Of a DNA stretch of 64,000 nt, positions 48,673 to 58,071 are shown in pieces. The DNA comes from Methanobacteriota archaeon (GTDB lineage Archaea; Halobacteriota; Bog-38; Methanoflorentales; Methanoflorentaceae), in contig OY970393.1 in NCBI GenBank assembly GCA_963720465.1, positions 224,001 to 288,000 on the forward strand, in the 5' to 3' direction. Each line of letters opens with the position of its first letter. The first letter of the stretch is position 1. Position numbers and translations under genes: made by a program. The notes under the pieces were generated by a model, which saw nothing but the letters and a program-made list of their open reading frames with translations, ran no database searches and was not told the DNA's origin.

Positions 48673-49833
48673 GTGGCGGTATATATGCAAAGTATTGTCG
48701 AAGAGGCCTTGCGACGATGCGAAATGGAGAAGCAGCGATCTCAGATGCTTGAAGATGAAGAAGAAGAGGAATTTGGAGCCCCTCGAATACTCATTGTGGG
48801 CTGCGGCGGGGCTGGCAACAACACGGTTAACCGACTCTACAATATAGGAGTCGACGGCGCCGAGACCATAGCGCTCAACACTGACAAACAGCATTTAGAT
48901 ATGATCGACGCCGATATCAAGGTGTTGGTCGGCAAATCGATTACCAAAGGGTTGGGTGCAGGTGGCGATCCGGAAGTCGGACGGTGTGCGACCGAGTTAG
49001 GTCGTAGGACGCTGGAAACGCTTCTCAAAGCTACCGATCTTGTGTTTGTTACGGCGGGGATGGGGGGCGGAACCGGCACAGGCGCTGCTCCGATCGTCGC
49101 ACAGATAGCGAAAGCGCACGGCGCAATCGTCGTGGCAATGGTGTCGACTCCGTTCAACGTGGAACGCGCGCGGCTGATTAAGGCCGAAGAAGGACTGGAA
49201 GACTTGCGGAGAGATGCTGATACGGTCATTGTTCTTGATAATAATCGTCTGCTTGAATTCGTGCCGAACTTGCCGATTGACCATGCGTTTTCAGTGATGG
49301 ATCAGATCATCGCAGAAACCGTGAAGGGCATCGCTGAAACGATCACACAACCTTCATTGATAAACCTTGACTACGCAGATGTCAGAACCATCATGAATAG
49401 CGGCGGCGTCGCCGCTATGCTAGTCGGTGAATCGCGAAGCCAAGACAAAGCACGCGACGTCGTGCGTGAGGCATTCAACCATCCGCTCCTCGAAGTTGAC
49501 TTCCGTGGGGCAAAAGGCGCGTTGATCCATATCACAGGTGGACCAGACTTGACGCTGAAAGAGGCCGAAGAGATCGCTAAGGCTTTGACCTCCCAGTTGG
49601 ATCCAAACGCTAACGTCATTTGGGGCGCACGGGTTCAGAGAGGGTACGAGGGCCGTGTGCGCGTGATGTCGATCGTGACTGGCGTGCAATCTGCTCAGGT
49701 GTTAGGGCCGACTTATGGCGAGCTGTTCAAGTTTCAAAGCGCAAAACAAAGCGCCAGCGGGACCAGAAAAGAACCGCGCGTGAGAGACTTCGCCCGCGAA
49801 TTTGAATCCGGTGAGATCGACAGCATCCTTTAA
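48673..49833 (+). CDS. ftsZ: Cell division protein FtsZ (FtsZ2 type)
   Basis: [32 protein letters not shown]; cdrS linkage. Confidence 0.96.
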   Translation: MAVYMQSIVEEALRRCEMEKQRSQMLEDEEEEEFGAPRILIVGCGGAGNNTVNRLYNIGVDGAETIALNTDKQHLDMIDADIKVLVGKSITKGLGAGGDPEVGRCATELGRRTLETLLKATDLVFVTAGMGGGTGTGAAPIVAQIAKAHGAIVVAMVSTPFNVERARLIKAEEGLEDLRRDADTVIVLDNNRLLEFVPNLPIDHAFSVMDQIIAETVKGIAETITQPSLINLDYADVRTIMNSGGVAAMLVGESRSQDKARDVVREAFNHPLLEVDFRGAKGALIHITGGPDLTLKEAEEIAKALTSQLDPNANVIWGARVQRGYEGRVRVMSIVTGVQSAQVLGPTYGELFKFQSAKQSASGTRKEPRVRDFAREFESGEIDSIL

Positions 49834-49884
49834 GGTGCTCCTGGGCATTTAACACGCCGCTGGCTCGCGGCTCATTTGGCCGCT

Positions 49885-50763
49885 TTATAGTCTCGAACGC
49901 AGCTCTCTCAGGATTTCACAGCTCTGACAGAGCGCTTTGACCGCGGGTTCTCCGCACTGCACACAGTGACCGAGCTGAAACGGCTCACGCTGCGTTAATC
50001 CCAAGATCCTTTCAAGGCCCTTCACGAGCGCGTACTTGGTGCCTGGGTGCTTGGGCTCTAGTTCATTCAGCATGCTGCGCACCTCGGCTCGAAACACCCC
50101 AGCAGAGAAGCGGCACTCGTCAAGGCTGATGGGAATCCCCTTGAGAACCGCGTATAGCGCGACTTCTTTTTCTGGCACATATTTGAGCGGTTTGACACGC
50201 CGGACCAGTCCTTCTTTGGCGGGGTGATCAAGCCGCAGCAGCCGATCGATGTCCCCGCGCAAATAATTCATTAGAACTGTCTGCGCCTCGTCATCGAGAT
50301 TGTGGCCTGTGGCGAGTGTCGAGGCGCCGACCGTTTTTGCTATGCGATTCAGGAGTGAGCGTCGGAGGATCCCGCAAACCGTGCACGGTCGCTCGTGTAA
50401 GCGATCGATTCTTACGTCCAAGTACTCCTCAAACGAAGCCACCTGCCATCGAACGCCGAGCTCTGCGATGAGCATTGCTGCTGATTCAAGAGCCTTGTCG
50501 CGGTATCCTGCAATACCTTCGTCGATAGTGATGGCCACAATTTCAACGCCACGGCGTGAGAAAAGGTCATTTAATACGGCTAAAACTACGGCAGAGTCCT
50601 TCCCGCCGCTGAACGCAACAGCGAGCGTGCCTTCGATTCGCTTCTTTCTGATCTCTTTCTTGATCTTCTTTTCAACGTCGGCGAAGAAATGTACCTTGCA
50701 AAGGTGTAGTCCTGAATATCTCTGAAATAGAATGGCAGGCGCGCTACATTTATCGCACTTCAT
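49885..50763 (-). CDS. tRNA 2-thiolation protein NcsA/TtuA family (TIGR00269-like)
   Basis: CDKC..LC..HF, SGGKDS, CTVCGILRR, TGHNLDDEAQT, C-term CxxC..CxxC. Confidence 0.88.
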   Translation of the reverse strand: MKCDKCSAPAILFQRYSGLHLCKVHFFADVEKKIKKEIRKKRIEGTLAVAFSGGKDSAVVLAVLNDLFSRRGVEIVAITIDEGIAGYRDKALESAAMLIAELGVRWQVASFEEYLDVRIDRLHERPCTVCGILRRSLLNRIAKTVGASTLATGHNLDDEAQTVLMNYLRGDIDRLLRLDHPAKEGLVRRVKPLKYVPEKEVALYAVLKGIPISLDECRFSAGVFRAEVRSMLNELEPKHPGTKYALVKGLERILGLTQREPFQLGHCVQCGEPAVKALCQSCEILRELRSRL

Positions 50764-50838
50764 CTCCTGTACATCTCCGGATGAACACTAATAAACTGTT
50801 CTGCAGCACAGGGAGAAACGGAGGCTGGCCATAAGGCA

Positions 50839-51744
50839 GTGAAGATGCTTCAAGATATCGCACGCGAATTTAGGGAGTTGGAGCGCTATGATTTTCGAGT
50901 GCTGCAAGCGGTCGAAACTGGCATGCGTTTTTTTGACTGGGTTCCTGTCGATGATCTGCCTAACTACGCTCGGCTGCCGCGAGACGAGGTGGATTATCGA
51001 ATCAAGCGGCTTTCCAAATATAAGCTCGTTGAGCGGAGAACGGCCCATTACGTTGGCTACAAGCTAACTTTCGGTGGGTATGACGCCCTTGCCATTAATA
51101 CGCTTGTTCGGCGCGGGGCCATAAAGTCTCTCGGATCGAAAGTGGGTGTCGGCAAGGAGTCTGATATTTACGACGCCGAGCATGAAGGCGGTCGGATCGT
51201 GATTGTGAAATTCCATCGTGAAGGCACGACGTTCCGGCACGTGAAACGATCTAGGGGATATTTCGGTGAGGCCGAACGATGCTCGTGGATGCTTGCTTCT
51301 AGGCTCGCAGCAGAAAGAGAATATGAAGCCATAGCTACTCTCTATGGGAACGTCGCCGTTCCAACGCCGATTGCGCACAACCGACACGTTATCGTCATGG
51401 GACTTGTAAACGGTCGAGAGATGAGCAACACTGCGCTAGGACACCCTGTCGCTATTCTTGAAAAGATCATTGCGCAGATTAAGTTGACGTATGAGCTCGG
51501 CATTATTCACGCCGACTTAAGCGAATACAACGTAATTGTGTGTGCCGACGGAAACATCGCCCTGATCGACTGGCCGCAATGGGTCCCAGCGTCGCACTCC
51601 AACGCTGATGACTTGCTCTATAGAGACGTGAGCACAGTCCTATCGTATTTTGCTAGAAAATATCAAATAGCAAGACGAACAGAAGAAGTTTTGGCATATG
51701 TAAAACAACGCGATCACGGCCCCGCACAACGTTTTTCAGGCTAG
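50839..51744 (+). CDS. rio2: Rio2 serine kinase
   Basis: N-term wHTH, GVGKESDIY, KFHR, IHADLSEYNV, IDWPQ. Confidence 0.92.
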   Translation: MKMLQDIAREFRELERYDFRVLQAVETGMRFFDWVPVDDLPNYARLPRDEVDYRIKRLSKYKLVERRTAHYVGYKLTFGGYDALAINTLVRRGAIKSLGSKVGVGKESDIYDAEHEGGRIVIVKFHREGTTFRHVKRSRGYFGEAERCSWMLASRLAAEREYEAIATLYGNVAVPTPIAHNRHVIVMGLVNGREMSNTALGHPVAILEKIIAQIKLTYELGIIHADLSEYNVIVCADGNIALIDWPQWVPASHSNADDLLYRDVSTVLSYFARKYQIARRTEEVLAYVKQRDHGPAQRFSG

Positions 51745-51755
51745 CGGAGGCTTAT

Positions 51756-53081
51756 TTGGGGGCGCGTTGGAGGTGCGACGCAATTTCGACCACTAACGAA
51801 AACGGCGGGAGTTTAGTTGCGTCAAAGAGGACGTATACTATCGTCGGCGTAGATCCCGGAACAACCGCCGCTTTTGCCGTTTTGGATTTGAAAGGTCGAC
51901 TCCTTAGAACCGGCAGCTCAAGATCTTGGGGTTTTTCTGAGCTCGTGGGGTTGCTAATTGAATCGGGACATCCGCTTATCATCGCCACGGATAAGAATCC
52001 AGCTCCCGGAACTGTCGAACGGATAAAGCGAGCTTTTAACGCGATTCTGCACACACCTGCTTCATCACTTTCGCTGGAACAGAAGCAGCGCGACACGAAG
52101 CTCTTCGACTATTCAAACGAACACGAACGAGATGCGCTCGCCGCTGCAATCGACGCAGCCAGAAGCGTCAGAAACAAGCTTGAAAGTGTGGAGAAGAGAG
52201 CTCCTGCCGACGTTGAACTCGACGAACTTCAGATGCTGGTTTTGCGCGGACATACGGTTGATTCTGCAATCAATTTGCTCAAAAAGCCCCTAGCGCCGAC
52301 CGAGAATCCCCTGCAACGCCAAATTTCAGCCCCAGAGAAGGATCTTCTAGGTCCCGACATTCTCTACTTCAAGGCAATCATCAAACGACAAGACGAGCAA
52401 ATTAATCGGCTTTCGAGCTACGTGGCTGATCTGAATGAATTGTTGCAGTTAGACCAAGAACAGGTGCTGAAGCTGCAAAATAAGATTAATACCATTCGGT
52501 CTCAAGACGCAAAAAACCTGAGAAGGGACAGGGAAGTTATGTTCAGGCAAAAGGAAATCGATCGCCTTTCAGCTGAGCTTGTACGCAGCAAGAGGGTCAA
52601 CGAGGGCTTGCTGAAACGCATTCGTAAGCTGAAGCAAATCGGCGCAACTGAGCGTAACAAAGCGGTCAAGGCAGTCAAAGTAGTCAAATCCTTCAACCGA
52701 GAAGCGATTCAGGCCGCGGATGACCAGTTTGGGCTGAGCAAAGGCATCGTCTTGTTCGAGGACGCAAGCGGTGGCGGCATTGCTGCTGCTGAATTGTTGG
52801 TCAACAAACGAATACGCGCCGTCGTCGTTAGAAACGAAATGTCGCAGGTAGCTCGAAAAACGTTATTTGAAGCTGATATCCCTATTTTTTCGATGCGCGA
52901 GCTCGCATTGAATCATTCTGGTACTTTGATGACGATCGACAAGAATGAATTGGAGCTTATGATCGAAAAGGGTCAAACAGAAATCGCCAACGCAAAACAA
53001 CAGGAACAGCTTCGCCGGCTTGAGTCGCTTGTTGAAGCGTACAAACACAAGCGGACCATAGGCATCCGGAAAAAAGATTGA
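51756..53081 (+). CDS. DUF460-like protein (RNase H-like fold + coiled coil); start uncertain
   Basis: IVGVDPGTT, IIATD, N.HERDALAAA, long heptad region. Confidence 0.8.
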   Translation: MGARWRCDAISTTNENGGSLVASKRTYTIVGVDPGTTAAFAVLDLKGRLLRTGSSRSWGFSELVGLLIESGHPLIIATDKNPAPGTVERIKRAFNAILHTPASSLSLEQKQRDTKLFDYSNEHERDALAAAIDAARSVRNKLESVEKRAPADVELDELQMLVLRGHTVDSAINLLKKPLAPTENPLQRQISAPEKDLLGPDILYFKAIIKRQDEQINRLSSYVADLNELLQLDQEQVLKLQNKINTIRSQDAKNLRRDREVMFRQKEIDRLSAELVRSKRVNEGLLKRIRKLKQIGATERNKAVKAVKVVKSFNREAIQAADDQFGLSKGIVLFEDASGGGIAAAELLVNKRIRAVVVRNEMSQVARKTLFEADIPIFSMRELALNHSGTLMTIDKNELELMIEKGQTEIANAKQQEQLRRLESLVEAYKHKRTIGIRKKD

Positions 53082-53095
53082 TGCGGCCGGTAGGC

Positions 53096-53698
53096 TCATA
53101 GAGCGCGTTTTCGCTCAGCGATCAAGCGTAGGAGACGTTCGTGCGAACGCGCACGGACGGTTTCGTAGATGCTGTCGCCTCGAGAGTCTGTCGCTACCAA
53201 AAGAGGCCCAAAGTTGAGCACTTTGAGTTTCCACACAGCTTCCGTGGCGCCTAGCTCCTCGTAGTACACATCTAAGACCTCCACGATTTTTTCGCGCGCC
53301 AGCATCCCGCAGCCTCCCGTGAACGCGAGATACATGCAGCGACCAGCAAACGAACGGGCAACTTCTTGAGACACGCCTCCTTTGCCGATTATCGCCGTCA
53401 CGCCATGCTTCACAATGGAGGGCGTCTGCGCGTTCATTCGCGCACTGGTCGTCGGTCCTGCCGAAACAACACGATACGTGTCCCCCTCTTTCACGATGAG
53501 CGGCCCGCTATGGTAAATGCAGGCGTCCTGCAAACTGAACGGGAGGTGCGGGTCGGCAAGCATCCTATCGTGTGCTTTGTCTCTAGCTGTATAGAGAACC
53601 CCGCTGATAAAAACGACGTCGCCAATCTTGAATGGGGCTATATCTGCTGGCGATATCGGGGTGTGCAGCACGGTTGACATAGCGTTTGATCGATCCAA
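53096..53698 (-). CDS. Class I fumarate hydratase/tartrate dehydratase beta subunit
   Basis: TARD.AH, YH.GP, GPTTSARM, IGKGG, EAVW, FGPL.V..DS.G. Confidence 0.9.
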   Translation of the reverse strand: MDRSNAMSTVLHTPISPADIAPFKIGDVVFISGVLYTARDKAHDRMLADPHLPFSLQDACIYHSGPLIVKEGDTYRVVSAGPTTSARMNAQTPSIVKHGVTAIIGKGGVSQEVARSFAGRCMYLAFTGGCGMLAREKIVEVLDVYYEELGATEAVWKLKVLNFGPLLVATDSRGDSIYETVRARSHERLLRLIAERKRAL

Positions 53699-53712
53699 GC
53701 TACGACTCCTCG

Positions 53713-54525
53713 TTATAACTTGATGCTGAACCTAGCCTTTCGATCGGCCCAGCACTGGATTGCCACTGCTACAGGAAGCATGGCGGTGTGACACGGGGCC
53801 TCTTCGACGAAAACGCGCAACGCAGTTGTGTCGCCGCCAAGGCCCATCGGTCCGATGCCTAGTTCGTTGATCTGTTCTAAGATCTCTGCTTCAAAGGGGC
53901 TCTGCTCTTCTTCTAAAGATCTCAACAGCGTTCTTTTCGCCAGACGCGCGCAGCCGTCAAACGTGCTTCCGATGCCTAGCCCCACAATAATAGGTGGACA
54001 CGGCTTGCCGCCGCTTTCCCGTATCGTGTTGAGGACGAACGGCATAATGTCTTGAAGCGGCTCCAGCATAGCCAAAGCGCTTACGTTTCCTGAACCCGCG
54101 CCGTTGACTAGCACGGCAACCGATAGCCTGTTCCCTTCGCTGACGTCACAAATCATATCGAAGAGCGGTTCATCGCAGCTCATTCTTGTGAGCGGGTAAA
54201 CCGCGTGTTTTCTGAGAGGCACTGCGTCAGTCGCACGCTGTACAGCAGTTGCGAGTGCCTCTATCAGGCCGAAATCGATGTTTGCTTCTCGTCCGATCTC
54301 TACAAAGAAGATAGGAACGCCCGTGTCCTGGCACATCGGAAGGCCAGCAGCACCCGCTAGCCTGACGTTTTCAAGAATTGCGCATATCTGTTCTTTGGCC
54401 CGATCGTCCGACTCGGCCTTTGTTGCTTTGGCGAGTGCCCGCGTAACATCGCGCGGCAGACGTGTCTCAGCTTCTTGCAGCGCCTGTGCCGCGTGACGTA
54501 TAAATGCTTCTCTATGAGACGGCAT
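53713..54525 (-). CDS. Class I fumarate hydratase/tartrate dehydratase alpha subunit (divergent)
   Basis: P.CQDTG, KPCPP, GIGPMGLGG.TT, CHTA, CWA.R; KGxGSEN replaced by NGAGSGN. Confidence 0.85.
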   Translation of the reverse strand: MPSHREAFIRHAAQALQEAETRLPRDVTRALAKATKAESDDRAKEQICAILENVRLAGAAGLPMCQDTGVPIFFVEIGREANIDFGLIEALATAVQRATDAVPLRKHAVYPLTRMSCDEPLFDMICDVSEGNRLSVAVLVNGAGSGNVSALAMLEPLQDIMPFVLNTIRESGGKPCPPIIVGLGIGSTFDGCARLAKRTLLRSLEEEQSPFEAEILEQINELGIGPMGLGGDTTALRVFVEEAPCHTAMLPVAVAIQCWADRKARFSIKL

Positions 54526-54528
54526 TAG

Positions 54529-55065
54529 TCACTCAAGATAATCCATTTGGGAACGCTTCAGTTCCTGCCGTTTTCTTTCAAGGAAACTGTAGACCGCAGC
54601 GTGTTTGGCCCCTTCTGCGAGCATTTCGATTGCTGTTCTTACCGTCTGAATCTGATCGATGTACCCGATCGTGCTCACAGTCTTTCCGTAAATAGACACG
54701 TTCGCGCCCGTGAGACTCTCAAGAGCCTCCCGCGACTTTCCCTCTTTTCCAATTATGCGTCCCATAATCCGTTTGAGCTCCTTCGGCGTATCGGCGACCT
54801 TTGATAGGTCGATAATGTCGAGGGTAATCTGTTCATCCTCGAAAATCCGGAAGGCTTTTTCTGGGCTAAAACCGCGAGCAAGCGCATTAATGACTTCTGT
54901 TGCCTTCAGAATGCCGAGTGAATCGCTCTCGATGGTGACCGTCCCCTCGGCGCTATCGATGTCAAGTTTTACAGTGCTTTTTTCCTCAATCTGCGCTTTC
55001 GTGCTGCCACCAACGCCAATGATGACCCCTATGCGGTCTTTGGGAACCTTTAGATACTCCCTCAT
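54529..55065 (-). CDS. KH-domain pre-rRNA processing protein (Dim2/Pno1-like)
   Basis: RIGVIIG.GG, A..RGFSPE.A, GRIIGKEGK, G.KH..VY. Confidence 0.9.
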   Translation of the reverse strand: MREYLKVPKDRIGVIIGVGGSTKAQIEEKSTVKLDIDSAEGTVTIESDSLGILKATEVINALARGFSPEKAFRIFEDEQITLDIIDLSKVADTPKELKRIMGRIIGKEGKSREALESLTGANVSIYGKTVSTIGYIDQIQTVRTAIEMLAEGAKHAAVYSFLERKRQELKRSQMDYLE

Positions 55066-55850
55066 TTAGTGATCTCTCCCAAAACTGTGATGGCTGAAGC
55101 CCGAACTCCGGCTTCATTGAAGAACTTCACCACGTTGCTGACGTCGCGCTGCAGAAACTCCTGTGCGCGAGGGTGCTGCACAAGCACGGACTGGCCCATA
55201 TCGATGAATACCGGCTCGGCTTGATCGTCGATTAGTATGTTGTATTCACTGAGGTCGGCGTGGACCAAGTGTGCATCTTGATAAAGTCTCTTCATGAATT
55301 CGATTGTCGCGTCGTATACTTCTTTGACGTTTTCTAAGCTCTCTACCGCCTGCTTCAAAGGCGGACAAGCGACGCCGTTTCGGCCTATAAACTGCATGAC
55401 GAGGACATTCTCCCTATATTTGAGCGGCTCGGGGACGCGGACGCGTGCTTTACGCGCTCGCGTTAAGTTCCTGAATTCTTTTTTTGTCCACGCGAATACC
55501 ACGTCCTTTTTGGTTCTCCTGACGTTCGCGAACCTGTAATCGCCCAGTATGTAGTCGTGCATAGCCTTAAAGTCGCTCGTTCTTATTCGGTAGATCTTGA
55601 TCGCAAGTTCACGTCCGCTCGGTCCTATTGCATAGAAAACGTTCGCTTCTTTTCCCGTCGAAATGGGGCCACCAAGCGCTTGTATAAGCCCGGTGCTTGC
55701 GAGGCGATATAGGGCCTTTAGGGTTAGCTCGTCGAATACTTCATCTCGAACCTTGAAATCGTCTGCTTCTTTATCGCGTGCCCGTAGCTCGTCAACGTCT
55801 CTCTCTATGCGCTTTATCTTATCGTCAATCAAATCAGGCACGTCGGTCAT
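55062..55850 (-). CDS. rio1: Rio1 serine kinase
   Basis: ISTGKEANVF, KIY, W..KE..NL, VHADLSEYNIL, IDMGQSV, HP.A..FL.RD. Confidence 0.93.
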   Translation of the reverse strand: MTDVPDLIDDKIKRIERDVDELRARDKEADDFKVRDEVFDELTLKALYRLASTGLIQALGGPISTGKEANVFYAIGPSGRELAIKIYRIRTSDFKAMHDYILGDYRFANVRRTKKDVVFAWTKKEFRNLTRARKARVRVPEPLKYRENVLVMQFIGRNGVACPPLKQAVESLENVKEVYDATIEFMKRLYQDAHLVHADLSEYNILIDDQAEPVFIDMGQSVLVQHPRAQEFLQRDVSNVVKFFNEAGVRASAITVLGEITK

Positions 55851-55891
55851 GCTTGTTTGGAGGGCTGAGAGGAGCCGCTGTTTCGCGGCAA

Positions 55892-56174
55892 CTACAAGTA
55901 CCCGCTCTTCTTGAGCCACTCAACTTGCGTTCCTTGATATCGCCAGACGATGTCCGCTTTATCGTCTTGAAAATTCCACGGCACCATAACTATGACATCG
56001 CCGACACGTAACCAGACGCGTTTTTTCATCTTGCCGCGAATTCTCCCCATGCGAGTTTTGCCGTCCATAGACCGGATTCTCACCCTGTTCGCGCCGAGCA
56101 TGCTTTCTACGATCCCGAGGATCTCCCCCCCCCTTCTGTGGCAGTCTCACCTTAGTCTGCGGTTCTTGACTCAG
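55892..56174 (-). CDS. eif1a: Translation initiation factor aIF1A (frameshift in G9 run; probable CTG start)
   Basis: 5' frame ...KVRLPQK; 3' frame [14 protein letters not shown]...[23 protein letters not shown]...PW.FQD.KADI.WRY; conserved aIF1A-rio1-dim2 order. Confidence 0.9.
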
Positions 56175-56223
56175 AGAAACACCTCGTTCGTAATATGACT
56201 CTTCCTTTTTCCGTCGAAATAAT

Positions 56224-57186
56224 TTAGTCGCTGTGTATCGCGCTACGAATAGGTCCTATGATTGCTTCGATATACGTTGCTGCACCGTTTTTGAGATCCA
56301 GCGGGTGAAGCTTGCCGGCGGCGTAATCCAGCTCGAGCGCTGAGAAGTCCTCGTAACAAATCGGGCCGCCGAACTTTTGGGGTCGCTCGAGCTCGACGTG
56401 CTTGAATTGAGGAAAGACGTAATACCGGTACAACTGGAGGATAGGGTTTTCCTCTGGCGTTCGCGGCGGGCAGTAAGCCGATTGAATCTTCTTCTTTATG
56501 GACTCAGGCGAGTCCTCGACGGCAACAAGGTTGTTCCTTGACGAGGACATTTTGTTCGCGTCGAGGCCGAGCAGGATTGGCGTGTGGACGCAGACAGGGG
56601 ATCTAAATCCCATTGAATGAAGCTCTTCTCGCGCCAACATGTGAATCTTGCGCTGATCGATCCCGCCGACGGCGATGTCGATGTTTAAGTATCCTATGTC
56701 TGCTGTTTGCATAAGCGGATAGATCATTTGAGATACGACCGGGTCCTCGGCGTTTCGTGACACCTCGTCCATGCTTCGCCGAGCGCGGTTCAGCGTTGTG
56801 TGCCTCGCTAGTTTCAGAATCAGCTTGGTGTATTCCGGTTCAAGCTGATAATCGCTCCCGCGCACAAATCTCGTGCCTTCAGCAAGGCCTAAAGCGGAAA
56901 AACACTTCTGGTAGTGGTCCGCCCAGTCGCGGATTTGATCCATCGTGCCCTTTTCGTTCAGGTATGCGTGCAAGTCCGCGAGCAGCACAATGACGTCGAC
57001 GCCGACTGACTGAAGATCAATGAGCTTATACGCCGTTAGAAGATGTCCAAGATGGAGTTCTCCGCTAGGTTCGTAGCCGGCATAGGCAGTAATGTTTGTC
57101 TCATTGTCGAGAAGGGCAGCCAGCTCATCTTCGGTTACGGCCTCTTCAACGTTGCTCATGACTTGTTCGAACTTCACATTGATCAC
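56224..57186 (-). CDS. tyrS: Tyrosyl-tRNA synthetase
   Basis: Y.GYEPSG.LHLGH, YPLMQ..D, GGIDQRK, KMSSS, LHP.DLK. Confidence 0.96.
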   Translation of the reverse strand: MINVKFEQVMSNVEEAVTEDELAALLDNETNITAYAGYEPSGELHLGHLLTAYKLIDLQSVGVDVIVLLADLHAYLNEKGTMDQIRDWADHYQKCFSALGLAEGTRFVRGSDYQLEPEYTKLILKLARHTTLNRARRSMDEVSRNAEDPVVSQMIYPLMQTADIGYLNIDIAVGGIDQRKIHMLAREELHSMGFRSPVCVHTPILLGLDANKMSSSRNNLVAVEDSPESIKKKIQSAYCPPRTPEENPILQLYRYYVFPQFKHVELERPQKFGGPICYEDFSALELDYAAGKLHPLDLKNGAATYIEAIIGPIRSAIHSD

Positions 57187-57475
57187 GTTGGTCGAATTAA
57201 ATACGCGTTTAAGGACGCTATGGAAATAGACGTGGTCTTGCTTGTAATACGCCTAATGGCGGACCTCATATTTATTTAGCTCGGTGCCATTTGTTCTGTG
57301 CGCCCCAAAAGCCAATTGCCGCGCGTGACGAGCGATAGCTCGACTCGGTCAGTTCATGCTGGTGCAATCTTCCTGGAAAAAAGTTTATTACGCGGCGTTG
57401 GTAGAATTGGACGAGACGCTACTACCTCACGCGACTAATGAGTGAACTGCCCTTGCAATCTCAGAATCTAAGAGA

Positions 57476-57550
57476 TGGGCCTGACCGGATTTGAACCGGT
57501 GACCGCCCGGTTATGAGCCGGGCGCTCTGACCTGGCTAAGCTACAGGCCC
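57476..57550 (-). tRNA. tRNA with CAT anticodon, most likely tRNA-Ile2 (agmatidine)
   Basis: GGGCCTGTAGCTTAG...CCCGG-CTCATAA-CCGGG...CAGGCCCA; Ile-type acceptor stem, no initiator A1-U72. Confidence 0.88.
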
Positions 57551-57555
57551 GCTGA

Positions 57556-57628
57556 CGCCGCCAACAGGGCTCGAACCTGTGACATCGTGGTTAACAGCCA
57601 CGCACTCTACCAACTGAGTTATGGCGGC
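57556..57628 (-). tRNA. tRNA-Asn(GTT)
   Basis: GCCGCCATAACTCAGTTGGTAGAGTG-CGTGG-CTGTTAA-CCACG...TGGCGGCG. Confidence 0.95.
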
Positions 57629-57723
57629 TTGACACATCTCTCTAGTGTGTTTTTTTACTTAAACTTTAAGGTCGTAGAACCGTTCGCGCGACGAGTGATG
57701 CTCATTGTGGGCGCCTTTGAGCT

Positions 57724-58026
57724 TCAATCGCGTTTAATCTTGTAGTTGGCTTTGACTTCACTTAGCTTCTTGAGAAACTGGTCCAGAAGGTGTTCGTAGT
57801 TCTGAACAAATTCTGAAATCTTCGCGCTCGTAATTGCGCCGTACGGTGATGGCTTGATCAAGCCCTCCTGCTCTAATATGCGGAGCGAGTAACGGACTTT
57901 GTACTTGGAATGTCCAGTCACTTCTGACAATTTCGAAATCCCAACAGGCTCAGCGACAACGACTGCGTTTAAAACTTCTAAGTGCCTTTCAAGCATCTCT
58001 ATCTCGTTTTCCAGTCGATCCAACAT
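57724..58026 (-). CDS. Small winged-HTH protein (COG3388-like)
   Basis: E.E.L.RH..VL..V....P.GI.KLS..TG....KVRYSLR.LE..GLI.PS..GA. Confidence 0.8.
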   Translation of the reverse strand: MLDRLENEIEMLERHLEVLNAVVVAEPVGISKLSEVTGHSKYKVRYSLRILEQEGLIKPSPYGAITSAKISEFVQNYEHLLDQFLKKLSEVKANYKIKRD

Positions 58027-58071
58027 CTCTACCACACGTTTAAATAAATTGATTCTAATCATTCATATATT

